A DNA stretch of 64,000 nt. Origin: Chrysomallon squamiferum. Taxonomy: Eukaryota; Animalia; Mollusca. The stretch is from contig CM022667.1 in assembly GCA_012295275.1 (NCBI GenBank), forward strand, positions 10,292,001-10,356,000, written 5' to 3'. A program made the translations under genes and the position numbers. Position 1 is the first letter of the stretch; every line of letters starts with the position of its first letter. The notes under the pieces are model-generated. The model worked only from the letters and a program-made list of their open reading frames with translations. It made no database searches and was not told where the DNA came from. Shown here one piece after another: positions 13,514 to 26,378 of this stretch.

Positions 13514-14735
13514 GTTATTGTTTTTGTTGTTGTTGTTGTTGTTTAATTTTGGTAATTTTGTAAGAATTTAACATTTGTAATATTACAGATATGTATTTTT
13601 TTGGTTTGTGTATAAAATGTATTCGTGTGGTTTTTGCTATATTTTATGACATATTCAATTTTGATTATTTCATAAATTATTTTCATATTTTAGGAATTGA
13701 AGTCCGACCAAGACATAAAGGACATAAATCCTGTTGAAAATGTGTATTTCTACTCGAAATTCCAGCCTAATAAAGCTTTTAAACTGAAAAAATCTGAGGT
13801 ATTTTTAGTCAAATATAACAACTGAATTCTGAAGACTGAATCACACTGCAAGAGCAAATGTATTCGTATCATATTTTGATTTTGCCAGAAAATATGGATT
13901 GATCTTTTCTATTTATTATGCATGCGTATTATTGGATATTAATATTTTTAATGCAGATCTGCACGGAAGGACTGTGGTATGCACTGTCCTGTTTGCAGGA
14001 TGATACATGTAAAACAACTCGTGCTGCAAACAGCAACCTATGATGGATTTCGTTTCTCACAATATCTGACTGGTCGTTAATCTTAAAACTGTCTTATGTA
14101 ACCTTAAATAAAAGTGTTGTTAAATAAAACATTTCTTTCTTTTTTTCTTCCTTCTGTCCCTACATCTAAAATTAGATTGCTCTAAATAAACTCTACACCA
14201 CTATCTAAAAGAATTACTTCAGCATAAGTTAATTACTAAACTCACTAAATCTTTTTGTAGGTTTCACTTCTGCTACCAAAAGACTTTTCAGAACGTATGA
14301 TGTATATATACTCCAAAGGCAATGATGAAAAGAAACAAAGAAATGTTTGTCGGTATTTTGAGAAGTTATGCAAAGAGAACGGAATTGGACGTATGTAGAA
14401 TAAATAAATAAATAAAATAAATAAATAAATAACGATAATGATTATGACTTTAATTATAAAGATTATGGTGTGATATTTTTGAAAATAAATCATTTATATT
14501 TTTGTCTAGTTCAATTATTAATTATCTTTGTACACCTACTCTAAAGTCTGTAATATGTCAAAATTTTGTTCAGTATTTAATGGATTATTTTTTTTTAATA
14601 TTTTTAGAAATGTAGCATAGTTTCTTTTTCTATTTTCTTTGTAATCTTTTGTTCTGAGCAAGTAAATTCATTCTTATTTTTGCAGAGCCTAAATGTTTCG
14701 TCGATGGAACAAACAGTTCAAGTACTATGGAATGA
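6029..14735 (+). CDS. SAMHD1: SAMHD1-like HD-domain dNTP triphosphohydrolase, paralogue A (no SAM domain), spliced; ~540 aa with both duplicated exons, ~505 aa with one
   Basis: GT-AG, phase-consistent exons: 6029-6090, 6662-6704, 7876-8036 (IFNDPIHG...[12 protein letters not shown]...HNRFEHSIG), 8257-8372 (...IAGLCHDLG), 9245-9318 ([10 protein letters not shown]), 9652-9798 (HEEATEMMF), 10108-10155, 10534-10701 ([20 protein letters not shown]), 11150-11241, 11469-11525, 11818-12007, 12730-12804, 13163-13267, 13694-13798, 14261-14390, 14686-14735 (TGA). Equivalents of metal ligands H167/H206/D207/D311 and catalytic H210/H215/H233 are present. The start codon at 6029 is inferred. Confidence 0.93.
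7110..7846. mobile_element. Non-autonomous hAT-type DNA transposon (MITE) in intron 2 of paralogue A
   Basis: Imperfect terminal inverted repeats TAGGGTTGGCAAATTACCG... / ...CCGGTTTTCGAGCCCTA, with subterminal ACCG(G/A)T motifs. Flanked by an 8-bp target-site duplication GTATAAAT (7102-7109) / GTGTAAAT (7847-7854), 7/8 identical. Absent from the short intron 2 of B. Confidence 0.8.
8580..9090 (+). mobile_element. Degenerate 3' fragment of an RTE-clade LINE in intron 4 of paralogue A
   Basis: Broken translation [22 protein letters not shown]...[45 protein letters not shown], matching the LYGxExW / LRWxGHVxR C-terminal pattern of RTE ORFs. Ends in a (GAA)-rich tail. Confidence 0.75.
13960..14155 (+). 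mobile_element. SINE-like remnant (3' part)
   Basis: gtggtatgcactgtcctgtttgcaggatgatacat...gttaaataaaacatttctttc tail. A related copy lies in the opposite orientation at 19515-19660. Confidence 0.45.
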
Positions 14736-15608
14736 AAATTCAAAGAAAAAACAGTGTTTGTTAATCTTAAATCAATTTTTTAAGAGGGACATGTGAACTA
14801 GCCTTAACATTTTAATAAGGTTTCCTGCTAACGAGACATTTGATTGATTTATTTTATTCTGGTTACCTTTTTATGTGTGATAATTTGCACTTTGCATTCT
14901 GACAACAAATACCTTTGTTTGTGATAATTTTCAATTTTTGTTAACGAGTTATTTGATTCCTCTGTTTAATTCCTGTTTCGTTTATATTTGTGATAGTTTG
15001 CACTTTCCCTGTGTATTCCTTTATTTACTTACATTTTGACCTCTGTTTCTGATAACTGGCACTTTTTAATACCTTTATTTTATTACTGTTTATCGTTATT
15101 CATAGTAAGTGTAACTTTTAACTAATATGAATACTGATACCGTTATTTTATTAATATTTAGCTTTTGTATTAGGATAGTATTTTCCATTTCACTTTTTGT
15201 CATTTGATGTATGTATTTAACCAGTTTTAGAATGTTTTTTTAATGTTTATCGTTTGATTCACTTCATGAACTGTGGTAGCACATATGAACTGATATGACC
15301 TATACACAAATGCACAGTTTGCAGAGATGTGCTGGACTATTACAACAAATATAGGTATAAACACAACCAGACACATCCATGAAAACATACACACATAATT
15401 TGTGTAATTACATTATACATATCTTACCTATATTTATAGTAATATTTTAAGTTGCATGTAAATTTATTATAAAACTTAACGGATATAAAATTAAAAATTA
15501 TGTATACGTCATTATACTGTATACATAATTTTTGTTATAATTATTAAAATTGTATTATTTGTTTTATTTAATTTACTAATTTGTGATATCTATTTTCTCT
15601 GTAGAAGT

Positions 15609-15614
15609 AATAAA
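15609..15614 (+). terminator. Probable polyadenylation signal of paralogue A
   Basis: AATAAA followed by a GT-rich tract (ttgtcttggtgttgttgttttt). The same arrangement is conserved in B. Confidence 0.55.
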
Positions 15615-17595
15615 CCTTTAGATTTGCTTTGTCTTGGTGTTGTTGTTTTTTCATACCATGACGAGAATATCCGAATATCTTTACTGTACATTCATGCAAG
15701 ATTTTCTGTAAACGATAACTCATAATTATTTTTCAAAATCATTAAAAATGACATCCAGCTGAATGTGTTAAGATTTATACATTGAAATAAAATAACCATT
15801 TACAATACCTTTAATAACATCATTAAAAATTTATTTCACGTAATTTAATAAACAATAATACATTTCACTTTTTTAAACCATTAAAGGACATTTAAAAGTC
15901 ACATCTCACTGAATGTGTTAACATTTATACATTTAAATAAAAATTAAATTTACAATACCTTTAAAAAAACAATCACTGAAAGATTAGGTCATAGAATGTT
16001 GTTATTTATTTTTTTTTTTTTTTCTATTTTAAAATATATAACCAAGCTTTTTAGTTTTTTTCATTAAACTGTTTTATTTTTCAAAAAGCTTGTGATCTTA
16101 TTTTGTTATTAAATGAGAACAACAACAACAATAACAACAACCTATAATGTTTAAATTTTCAAGGCCTATTTTGAACACGGATACACTTTCTCGATTAATC
16201 TGTATGACAGAAGCACCCTTGTATTCTACAGACTTATTTTGAAGTTCGTTGAAACTGGAATGCGGTCGATCAAGGCAGGAAGCCTCGTTATGAAGCTAAT
16301 TTTATCTATAATCTGAAAAACAAACAAATAATAATATACTAACCTTAGAGAGAAGAAAAGGGAAAACTTTACACAAGTGGAATAATGGTTAAAACAATAA
16401 TTTAAGTGCGCGCACAGACAGACATTATACAACTATACACGTACACAAAAACACACACACATACATAAGTTGAATAATGGTTATGACAGTAGCTTGAGAA
16501 GACACCTAGACACGCCTACCAACACAATTACTTCCATCATTTAATATTTTAGATATACGGAAGGAAGTACTGAAGGAAGGAAAGTATCTTTCTAAAAATA
16601 AAATCAAATATAACTAATGGTGACATTTTACTGAATTTATTATCGTTTACACAGTAATTAATAAAATAACCTGCAACAATGAAAATGATTTTAATTACTT
16701 AAACATTCTCAGTGTACCTGTATTTAGTGTATTTGTGTATGTTACTGTCTGTGTAAAAAGAAAAAATGTTTAACGATGAGTGTGTTTGTCGTTAACAAAT
16801 ATTTCCTTTTTTCTTCCTTGTTTCCTTCCTTCCATCCTTCCTTCCAAAATATTACATGAGGTAAATGACTGTATGGGTGTGTCTGGCTGTGTCTCTTCTG
16901 AAGCTACAGTTAAAATTATTCTTCAACTTGTGTGTGTGTGTGTGCGTGTATAATTTTATGTTCCTCTTTGTATGTTCACTATTTTACTGGTGCAAAGTTT
17001 TTCACTTTCTTGTCTGGTAGGTTAGAATATTGTTATTTGTTTTTCTTTATTCAGATTATAGATAAAATTAACTTCATAACGAGGCTTACAACCTTGACCG
17101 ACCATAAGCAAGTCAACAGAAACATAGAATTGAAATGGTTGAGTGTCACAGAGGTACATTATGAAAGCAAGTCCGTGATTAAAACTAGGCTCGGGTTATT
17201 TCAACATTACAGATTTGTTTTGTTATTATTATTATTAATACCAAGATCAAATCACTAACGTTTTGAAACATCAAAACAAAGTTTAAATAAAAAATAAAGA
17301 AGAAATTGAATCCGCTTCTCCCTTGTTAGTGGTTACTTATTATAATATAGAACATTTTTTAAAATTACGTGAAATAAATTTTTAATGATTTTATTAAAGG
17401 TATTGTAAATGGTTATTTTATTTCAATGTATAAATCTTAACACATTCAGCTGGGTGTCATTTTTTAATGATTTTAAAAAATAATTATGAGTTATCGTTTA
17501 CACAAAATCTTGCATGAATGTACATTAAAGATATTCAGATACTCTCGTCACGGTATGAAAAAAACAACAACACCAAGACAAAGCACATCTAAAGG

Positions 17596-17601
17596 TTTAT
17601 T
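17596..17601 (-). terminator. Probable polyadenylation signal of paralogue B
   Basis: TTTATT on the plus strand, in a context nearly identical to the reverse complement of 15590-15660. Confidence 0.55.
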
Positions 17602-18189
17602 ACTTCTACAGAGAAAATAGATATTACAAATTAGTAAACTAAATAAAACAAATGTTTATAATTATTATAATGACGTGATTTAGGTTTTTGTTTTTTTTTT
17701 TGTTTTGTTTTGTTTTGTTTTGTTTTGTTTATCGTTCCGATTTATAATAAAAGTACGTACAGCTTGAAATATTACCATAAATGAGATATGCACGATGTAA
17801 TTATGTAAAATATGTGTGTATATATATGTGTGTGTATCTATGTGTGTATGGGTCTGATTCTTTTTCTGGATATGTTTGTTGTAATACTCTACAACGTGTA
17901 TACAAACTGTAGGTAAGCGTGTATATGAGTTTCTGTATTTGTTGACGTGTTTCTGTACAAGTGTATGTGAGTTTGTGTGAGTTACAATAGTAGTTCAAGT
18001 GGGTAAGACTATAAACATATCTAAAGCATTTAGAAACTGGTCATATACATGTATCAAATGACAATAAGTGAAAAGGACAATACTATCCTAATACAAAAAG
18101 CTAAATATCAGTAAAATAATTGAAACAATTATCATATTGGTTAAAAGTCAAATTTATCATAAATAAAGGTAGGCTGTAATAAAATAAAA

Positions 18190-18560
18190 AAAATATTATT
18201 AAGTGCAAATTATCACAAATAAAGGTCAAAATATAAGTAAATAAGGAATTTAGTATCACAGGGAAGTTCAAATGTCACAAATATAAGCGATATAGGAATC
18301 AAATACCTCATGAATGAAAAGTGCAAATTATCACAAATAAAATTCAAAATGTAATCAAATAAAGGAATTTATTATCACAGGGAAAGAGCGATTATCACAA
18401 ATATAAAGGAAATAGGAATAAAATAAAGGAATCAAATATCTTGTTAATCAAAAGTGCTGATTATCACAAATAAAGGTAAGAAGATAAATAAAGGAATTTG
18501 TTATCACAGAGCAAACTACAAAGTATCACAAATAAAAAGATAACTAAAATAAAATAAAGG
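18190..18560. repeat. Degenerate minisatellite in the 3' UTR of B (counterpart 14860-15075 in A)
   Basis: Recurring aattatcacaaataaagg / aaataaaggaat / tatcacagggaa motifs. Confidence 0.6.
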
Positions 18561-18659
18561 AATCAAATGTCTCGTTAGCGAAGAAACCTTATTAAAATGT
18601 TATGGTTTGTTCAGATGTCTCTTTTAAAAACTTCATTTAAGATTGGAAAACACTGCTTT

Positions 18660-19083
18660 TTATTTTTCCGTAGTACTTGAGCTGCTTGTTGAACCAACGA
18701 AACATTTGGGCTCTGAAATAATAAGAATGCTTTTACTTGCACAGAACAAAGAATTACAAAGAAAATAAAGACAGAAGAAACTATGCCAAAAGGGGTAATA
18801 AATATTTAAAAGACAAAACTCCAAGACCGAATGAATTATTTCATTAAATACTGATGAAAAAATACTCATATATTAATGAATTTATTTTATTAGCAAATAA
18901 ATTTAAAAAAAAAAAAAAACATAAACATTTGCACCAGACAGCTACATACTCGGAATTCAAAACAACTTCAGTCATATTCGTTAGATAAAAATATAAAAGG
19001 TTTATCGTAAAAAATGTTACACAATAATCTTTATTATTATTACCGTCATCATTATTATTAACATTATTTACTTACTTACTTAC

Positions 19084-19128
<45 letters not shown>

Positions 19129-21897
19129 ATACTTCCAATATGACTGCTTGCACAGATTTGTTCAAAGGCACTGCAAACTTTTTTTTGTTTCGCTTCATCG
19201 TTGTGTTTGCAGAAAACATAGATAATACCTTCGAAAAAGTGTTCTGGTAGCAGGCGTGAAACCTAAATAAATAAATAAATAAATAAATAAATATATTAAT
19301 ATTTAAACAAAATACAACAAAATAAAATAAAATAGTAAATAAATAAATAGATTTAGTAGAATGTAATAATAATAAAATTAGTTATTTTCAACTAATGTGA
19401 CTTTTAGTTACTGACATATGGTTTATTTTCAGCAATGCAGCCTCAAGAAGAATAACAAATAAATAAATGACAAAATTTCAATAATTTGGCATCATGACAG
19501 TATTTTGGATGTACGGAAGGAAGGAAGGAAGGAAGGAAGCAAGGAAGGAGACAAGGAAGAAAGAAGGAAATATTCTATTTAACGACAAAGTGATCACAAT
19601 GTAGTGGACAGTTATAAGATTAAGGACCACTCTGATAATGAGGAAGCAAACCACAAACATGAAAAGGTAGATAACTTCCACACAGATCTCCATTCAAAAT
19701 ATGAACTCGAAATAATGTATATCTATTATAAGTTAAAGAAAAACAAAAGCAACACACAACATACATTTTCTGTGAAAATCAAAATATGAAATCAATTACT
19801 AAAAAGATGCTGCTCAATTTAAATCATGATTCAGTCGGCAGAGTTGTATTTGACTACACATACCTCTGATTTTTCTAGCTTAAAAGCTTTGTCAGGGTCG
19901 TGTTTTGAGTAGAAATACACATTTTCAACAGGATTTTTTTCCTTCGCGCCATAGTCAAACTTCAAATCCTAAAAATATGAAGAATGCTTTATGAAAATAT
20001 TCAACAGCGAATCTGCTTCACAGCTACAAAATATAGCAAAGTTAGAAGCAATAAACATTCAGAAATGTTCAACATTCTAACAAATAAAGAAACCAAAAAC
20101 GATTTAAAAAAAGATGACTCTGTGCTCATTACCACTGTATAAAAATCCTCAGTTTTGTTTTTGTCTTCTTTAAGTTCTTTTTTAAGCTTCTCAAACTGAA
20201 ATAAATGAAAGCGAAATGTAACAACTGTTTCTTTTTTTCTTTCATTTCCCATCTTTTACAATATATAATTACAATTCAATATTAATCATTTTGTTATGAC
20301 ACAAATAAAAGGTGTACTGCTTATTTTAAACTCTTAGTTTAACTTATTTATGATTACTGAGTTTTGAACGAACAAAGATTCAATTCTTTTATTTTTCCCT
20401 GCATACAAACCTTCATTCCCTTCTTTCTTTTCTTTTCCCATTTCACTGAAAATGTGTATATATATATATATATAAAGATGTTTATTCTAAGGGTTTGATG
20501 GATATTAATTATTTCTTTCTATTTCTAAGAATGTGAAAATATCTGCAAAATTTGTCAGTAATGAAAAAAGTAATTTAACAAGTGTTTAACTAAAATCATT
20601 TCGCAATTCAGACGATAAAGATATCTGAAAGAAAAAACGATAACAAGAAACCTCATCTGCGTTAAGGTAAGGACTTGATGCAACACATTTGTCCACTTTT
20701 CTCTCTATGATTCTTTTCAGAAGTTCCTTTGATTCCTTGAGATTGTCATCGTCAGAAAACAGAATTTTCGTGAACACGTCATCTGTCAGTTTGCAGTAGG
20801 CCACTGGATCGTCAATACATTCAGACATCTTTCTTTTTGTTCTGTAAAAAACAACAAGTATGGATTAGAGGAAACATGATTATAATTTGTAATGAGGAAA
20901 AATTAAACTTTCTTGCAAGGTTCAACATTAATAATCTTTTGGAATACGGAACATTTTGCTCATCTCTACTGCGTGCATTGCTTTTTATGGACATATTTAT
21001 CTATGTACTATGAAGAAAAAAATGTCAGTTTATGTTAATGAGGCTAAATATTAGGTGTCTGAAGAAAAGTAATGTCTTTCTGAGATGTTGTTGTTGTAGG
21101 ATATAATTTTCACTTAATAAATATGTTCCACAGAATATCAAAAAAAAAAAAATCATTTGATTGTATATATACTGATTTCATTACAAGCATGATAATTCTG
21201 CCTTGATTCATTTAGATAACAAACATATATTACGATGTTAACCTGTGTAAACTTTCGTAATATATAATTTAGTCTAAATAATTTTGTTCCAAGGATATAA
21301 ATACAAAAAAATTCGTTGATTTAATGAATAAAGGTTACAATAAAATGTGTTACAAATACTATGTTTACACTTTCTGAGATACAAAAATGTAGACTCACCC
21401 ATCTTTTCCTTTAATTAGTATGTAATCATCTGCTTTAATCAAAGCTTCGACTAACCTAGAAAATAACAGTAAGTTGATAGACTTGTATTAACAATGACAA
21501 AAATAAAAAGGGTTTTATTCTGAATTGCTGATAATAAATTTCTGCAGCAGATCATCAAATCATATGAAATTTTTAAAAACACACTCTGAATATTTTTGTT
21601 TACATGCCGGCAGAATACAATACAATTTACAAACGTACTTCAGTTGAAGCAAACTCACAGATTCTCCAAAGCTGCTGTCATTCTGTGCTTGTAGGCTCGT
21701 CTGTGAAGATCATAGCGTAACTGAAACATGTTGTAGATGTTTAGGGCCTCCTGTAAATTAGTTTTAATATAACTTTAGTTTTTTATATCAATTAATGCTA
21801 TCTGTGTGACTGTGTGTGTCCATGTATTTTCACAGTAAATATCTAAACATTAGACTATACGTATATACTTACATATATACACATATACATATACAGA

Positions 21898-21928
<31 letters not shown>

Positions 21929-22073
21929 TTCCTAACGTCGAATAGCGAATGCAGGATAAAGCTTATATCTTAAGACAGTTATTATCTTTACAAACAGACC
22001 CCCACCACCCATATGCAAACATACGAAATACGAAGAAACCTCAAATGTATTTAAAAAATAATGGAAGAAATTA

Positions 22074-22118
<45 letters not shown>

Positions 22119-22997
22119 ACATGATATTGAATACATATTTTATTGACACTTTTCCACATACAGGAAAACATGTACGTAACCTTTGTTAAGAAAGGGGAAA
22201 AAAACAACAATCTGTGCAGTATTGAAATGAAGACAAGTATTCTTGTGATCCTGTAATCACTTTACATCCACTTTACTTAGTACTGCTGCAATGAAATATG
22301 ACTCGTCTAATAATGTTTAATATTGTTGCAGTTAATATTTTAAAATTCATTTTTTCTGTTACTGGAATTCACTTAAATATAACAGAGAAAATAATCACTG
22401 TATAAATTCCGAATCAAGCTGTTTGTTAATGATTGCCATTATGCATTGTTTTTACTATCACTGCCTATACGACATCATAACGATGAAAATGATGACGAAG
22501 AAGAAGAAGAAAAGAAAATGATGATGATGGTATAAATAACATTTCACCTTATCCCTCATACAAATGTGATATCGCCCATCTCCAGCTTTCAGAACTTTGG
22601 CAAACTTCATGTAACGAATATGATTGAAGTTGTTTTGAATTCCGAGCATGTAGCTGTCTCGGGCGAAATAGTCCCATTTGTCGACATCAATCCCGTTGCT
22701 TTTATTCGCAACTATCTGAAAAAAAACAGAAAATTACTAATAATTTCTCACCTCCAAATATGGTCTTAAAATCAAATATGTTAAAGTTGATATTTGTAAA
22801 GGTTGATTTCATATTATAAATAATAATATAACGATACATCAAACTGCTTTTAGCTGTCTGTTCGTGCTGTCACACTCAAAAATCACATATATACAATAAG
22901 AGTAAAGGTTTTATATTTACAAATTAAATCTCATATTTTTTTTTTCATTTTTATTATTTACTTCTTTATTAATCTAGTTGTTGTTATTATTATAATA

Positions 22998-23071
<74 letters not shown>

Positions 23072-24895
23072 CACGATCATCATGACGATGATGGCTTTTT
23101 TGTACAAAATACAGCAAACGTTACTAATTATAAATTTCAAACAAAGCAGTACAGACATAGTAAACATAAAATTTATAAAAATACAACAGCTTTAGTAAGA
23201 AATTATGTTGCACGTTTTACCTCAAACAGAAAACTTTTGCTTTCATCCCTACCAATTCTATCCCAGTCCTAAGGGAGAAAAAAAAATAATGTGTAATTAA
23301 AATAGCCACAAATACACATCAGTAACAAGAGACGTTCTGTAATGTTTTCATACATGTGTTTGTCTTCACGATTTCAGATGTAAAATTGTTAATACAAAAA
23401 AAAAAATAATAATAACAATATTTCAGTTATTTTGCCTAATGTAATCCTTTATTTGAACAAAGAGCATTAATCAGTGTTGTTGTTTTTAACGAGAATCATA
23501 AAACATTAAAATTCAAACAAAATCCAGTTTGCTTTTTATGTTTGTAAATATACAGCTGCCAGATAGTTTTCAATATTTGAGTTCTTGTGTACATCTTACA
23601 GCAGGGTGGAAGGCAAATGACAGAGCCGCTGACAAGTTAGTCACAAGGAACTGACTGGAAGGCGAAATAGCCTTAGACGGTAAACTGAAGAGGACATTTT
23701 CTAGGATTTGTTATGTGTATCTTCCTAGAGACCAGAAATCACAGACTGTCAGAGTGAACTGAGAGTGAACAGCCGAATTTTATATCGAGTACAATATTCT
23801 CAACCAATTTGTAATCTATATTTTGAAGCAGTTTTGTTATTTCAGTTGGTAATATGCATCCTAGTTCATAGTTGTACGTTAATGTCTTACCTCTTCTGGC
23901 ATATTGTCAGGGAGTCCCTTGATCAGGCGTTTTATGAACTTTTTGTCCTTCTCGTCTAGTCCTTTTTTAGCAAATTCATCTTTGACATTTTTTTTTTCAG
24001 TTAAAGAGTCAAATAACTGCTCGCTAGCGACCTCGTGCTGAATCAGAATATGGTGACAAAGAAAAGATTTATATCAGTCTACGAACAACAAGAAAAACAA
24101 TATGATTAAAAATATATATATTCACAAAAATGCATTCTGAGATTAGTTTCTTGACAAAAAGTATCGTGGATCTGGATCACGTGACACAGCCATCATTTCA
24201 AAATGAAAATAAAATCACTTATAAAAAAAAAATAATAATAATAATAAAATTAAATTTAAAAAATTAAAATTAAAAGTTAAAAACATAGCTAAACATATTG
24301 TCTATACAAGTCATTCTCATATGAAATACTGGAAGACAGACGGCAGATTTTATTTAAATTATTTACTTTGGTTTCTTTTCTTTTCTTTATATATATATAT
24401 TTTTTTTTTTTTCATTCTAAGAGGGAAAAAATGTAGGCACCAGAAAACCTTTCTTGGCAGATGTGAATAAAAACATCAGACATTTAGTGGTAACTGTAGA
24501 ACAACACTGGTTTATATCCTCATCAGTTCTCCAGGTGATGACATTTGTCAGAAATAACAATTTACTTTGAAAGCAAGTTATTTCTCAGAAATAAATAAAT
24601 AAGAAAGAAAGAAAGAAATAACTCCATCAGTATACCGAATAATGATATTTGTTTTGTGAAGATCAAGAGAAATAAATAAATAAATAAATAAATTGTTTCA
24701 GGTTGAACAACTGTTAGAGCCAGGCATCATAAACAACTTATTTATTTATTTATTTATTTGTTTGTTTTAATAATTATTATTCTTTTATGAATAATGATAT
24801 TTATTTTGAATGCAATCATTTTATGAAAATTAAATAAATAAATAAATAAACTGTTTAAAGTGGAAGCCTGGATTGAACCATGCATGATAAACAAC

Positions 24896-24953
<58 letters not shown>

Positions 24954-25059
24954 CATTGTTGTTGTTGTTACTGTTATTGTTATTGTCATTATTATTGTTG
25001 TTCTCATTATTATTGTTTCTCAGTTATTTCTGTTAGTGTTATCATTCTTGTTGTTGTTG

Positions 25060-25128
<69 letters not shown>

Positions 25129-25504
25129 CTAATAGTAGTATGAGTTATGAATTCAAATTTAAAGATAACCAAAACTAACACTCCAGTTTGCTTTCTTGGT
25201 CGCACCTCTGGAATGAACCTGTTATCAAATAAGTGTGAATATGGTCCATGTCCTGCAAATAAATAAATAAATAAATAAATAAGTATACATACATACGTAA
25301 ACACACATTCTCACACACAAACACACTCACGCACGCACGCACATATATATAATTGAAATTATATATGACAACCTCCTTTTGCAGAATACCTAACGTTATC
25401 AAACTGACAAAAGTCACTTAATAATACATCTAGATTACGAGTAGAAGTAGCACATTTATAATCGTTTTATTTTATCAAGTTAAAACTGTTTATTAGTCTT
25501 TTTA

Positions 25505-25550
<46 letters not shown>

Positions 25551-25767
25551 TTAAATATCTGGAAATTTTAAAGTAAGATTCAGTTCTAAACTAATATTTT
25601 GGTCGCTGTTTTTTGGAGAGGTTTGTCATAAAAATCAGTTGAGTTATCTAGCTTCTTCGAAAATCAAACCCATTGTTTCATGTTACGTAGGTCACGTGAT
25701 CAAAATGCTGCCATTTAATTATATCTTTATTTTTATACTTTTTGGAACTGACAGTTTTCATTTTTAA

Positions 25768-25815
<48 letters not shown>

Positions 25816-26203
25816 TTCTACATTAGATTTAGAATGATAGTAATCGGTAAATCGGTAACCAAGGTTACTAAAGTGTTTCAACTCGATGTCAAACATCAAA
25901 CTAAATATTCGCTCCTTCGCAGTTTCAGTAACTAGGTTATGAGGTGAACATAGAACATGGCCAGAGTTTTATTGTGCTGCTGTTTGTAATAGTAGAACAC
26001 AGATTTATTACACAGAGAAATGTTTCAAATTATTACCCAGGTCGTGGCAAAGTCCAGCGATTTGTACACAAAGTTTATCTTTCTCACTTATATTCAGTTC
26101 TTTCTGACTGTCCATTAATCTCTGTACAAACTCACCAGCAAGATGATAAACACTGCAAAATAAATTTAAAATCTAAATAAATAACTATAATAATAATAAG
26201 TAT

Positions 26204-26237
<34 letters not shown>

Positions 26238-26285
26238 TTCCTTTTAAATATATTATTGGGGCATAGCTAAATAAATTAGATCTGG

Positions 26286-26378
<93 letters not shown>

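Larger units (their letters stand above)
15540..17660. repeat. Centre of the A/B tail-to-tail inverted duplication
   Basis: 15540-15850 is nearly identical to the reverse complement of 17360-17660. 16260-16560 pairs with 16820-17105 (gcctcgttatgaagctaattttatctataatctgaa / ttcagattatagataaaattaacttcataacgaggc). Confidence 0.85.
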
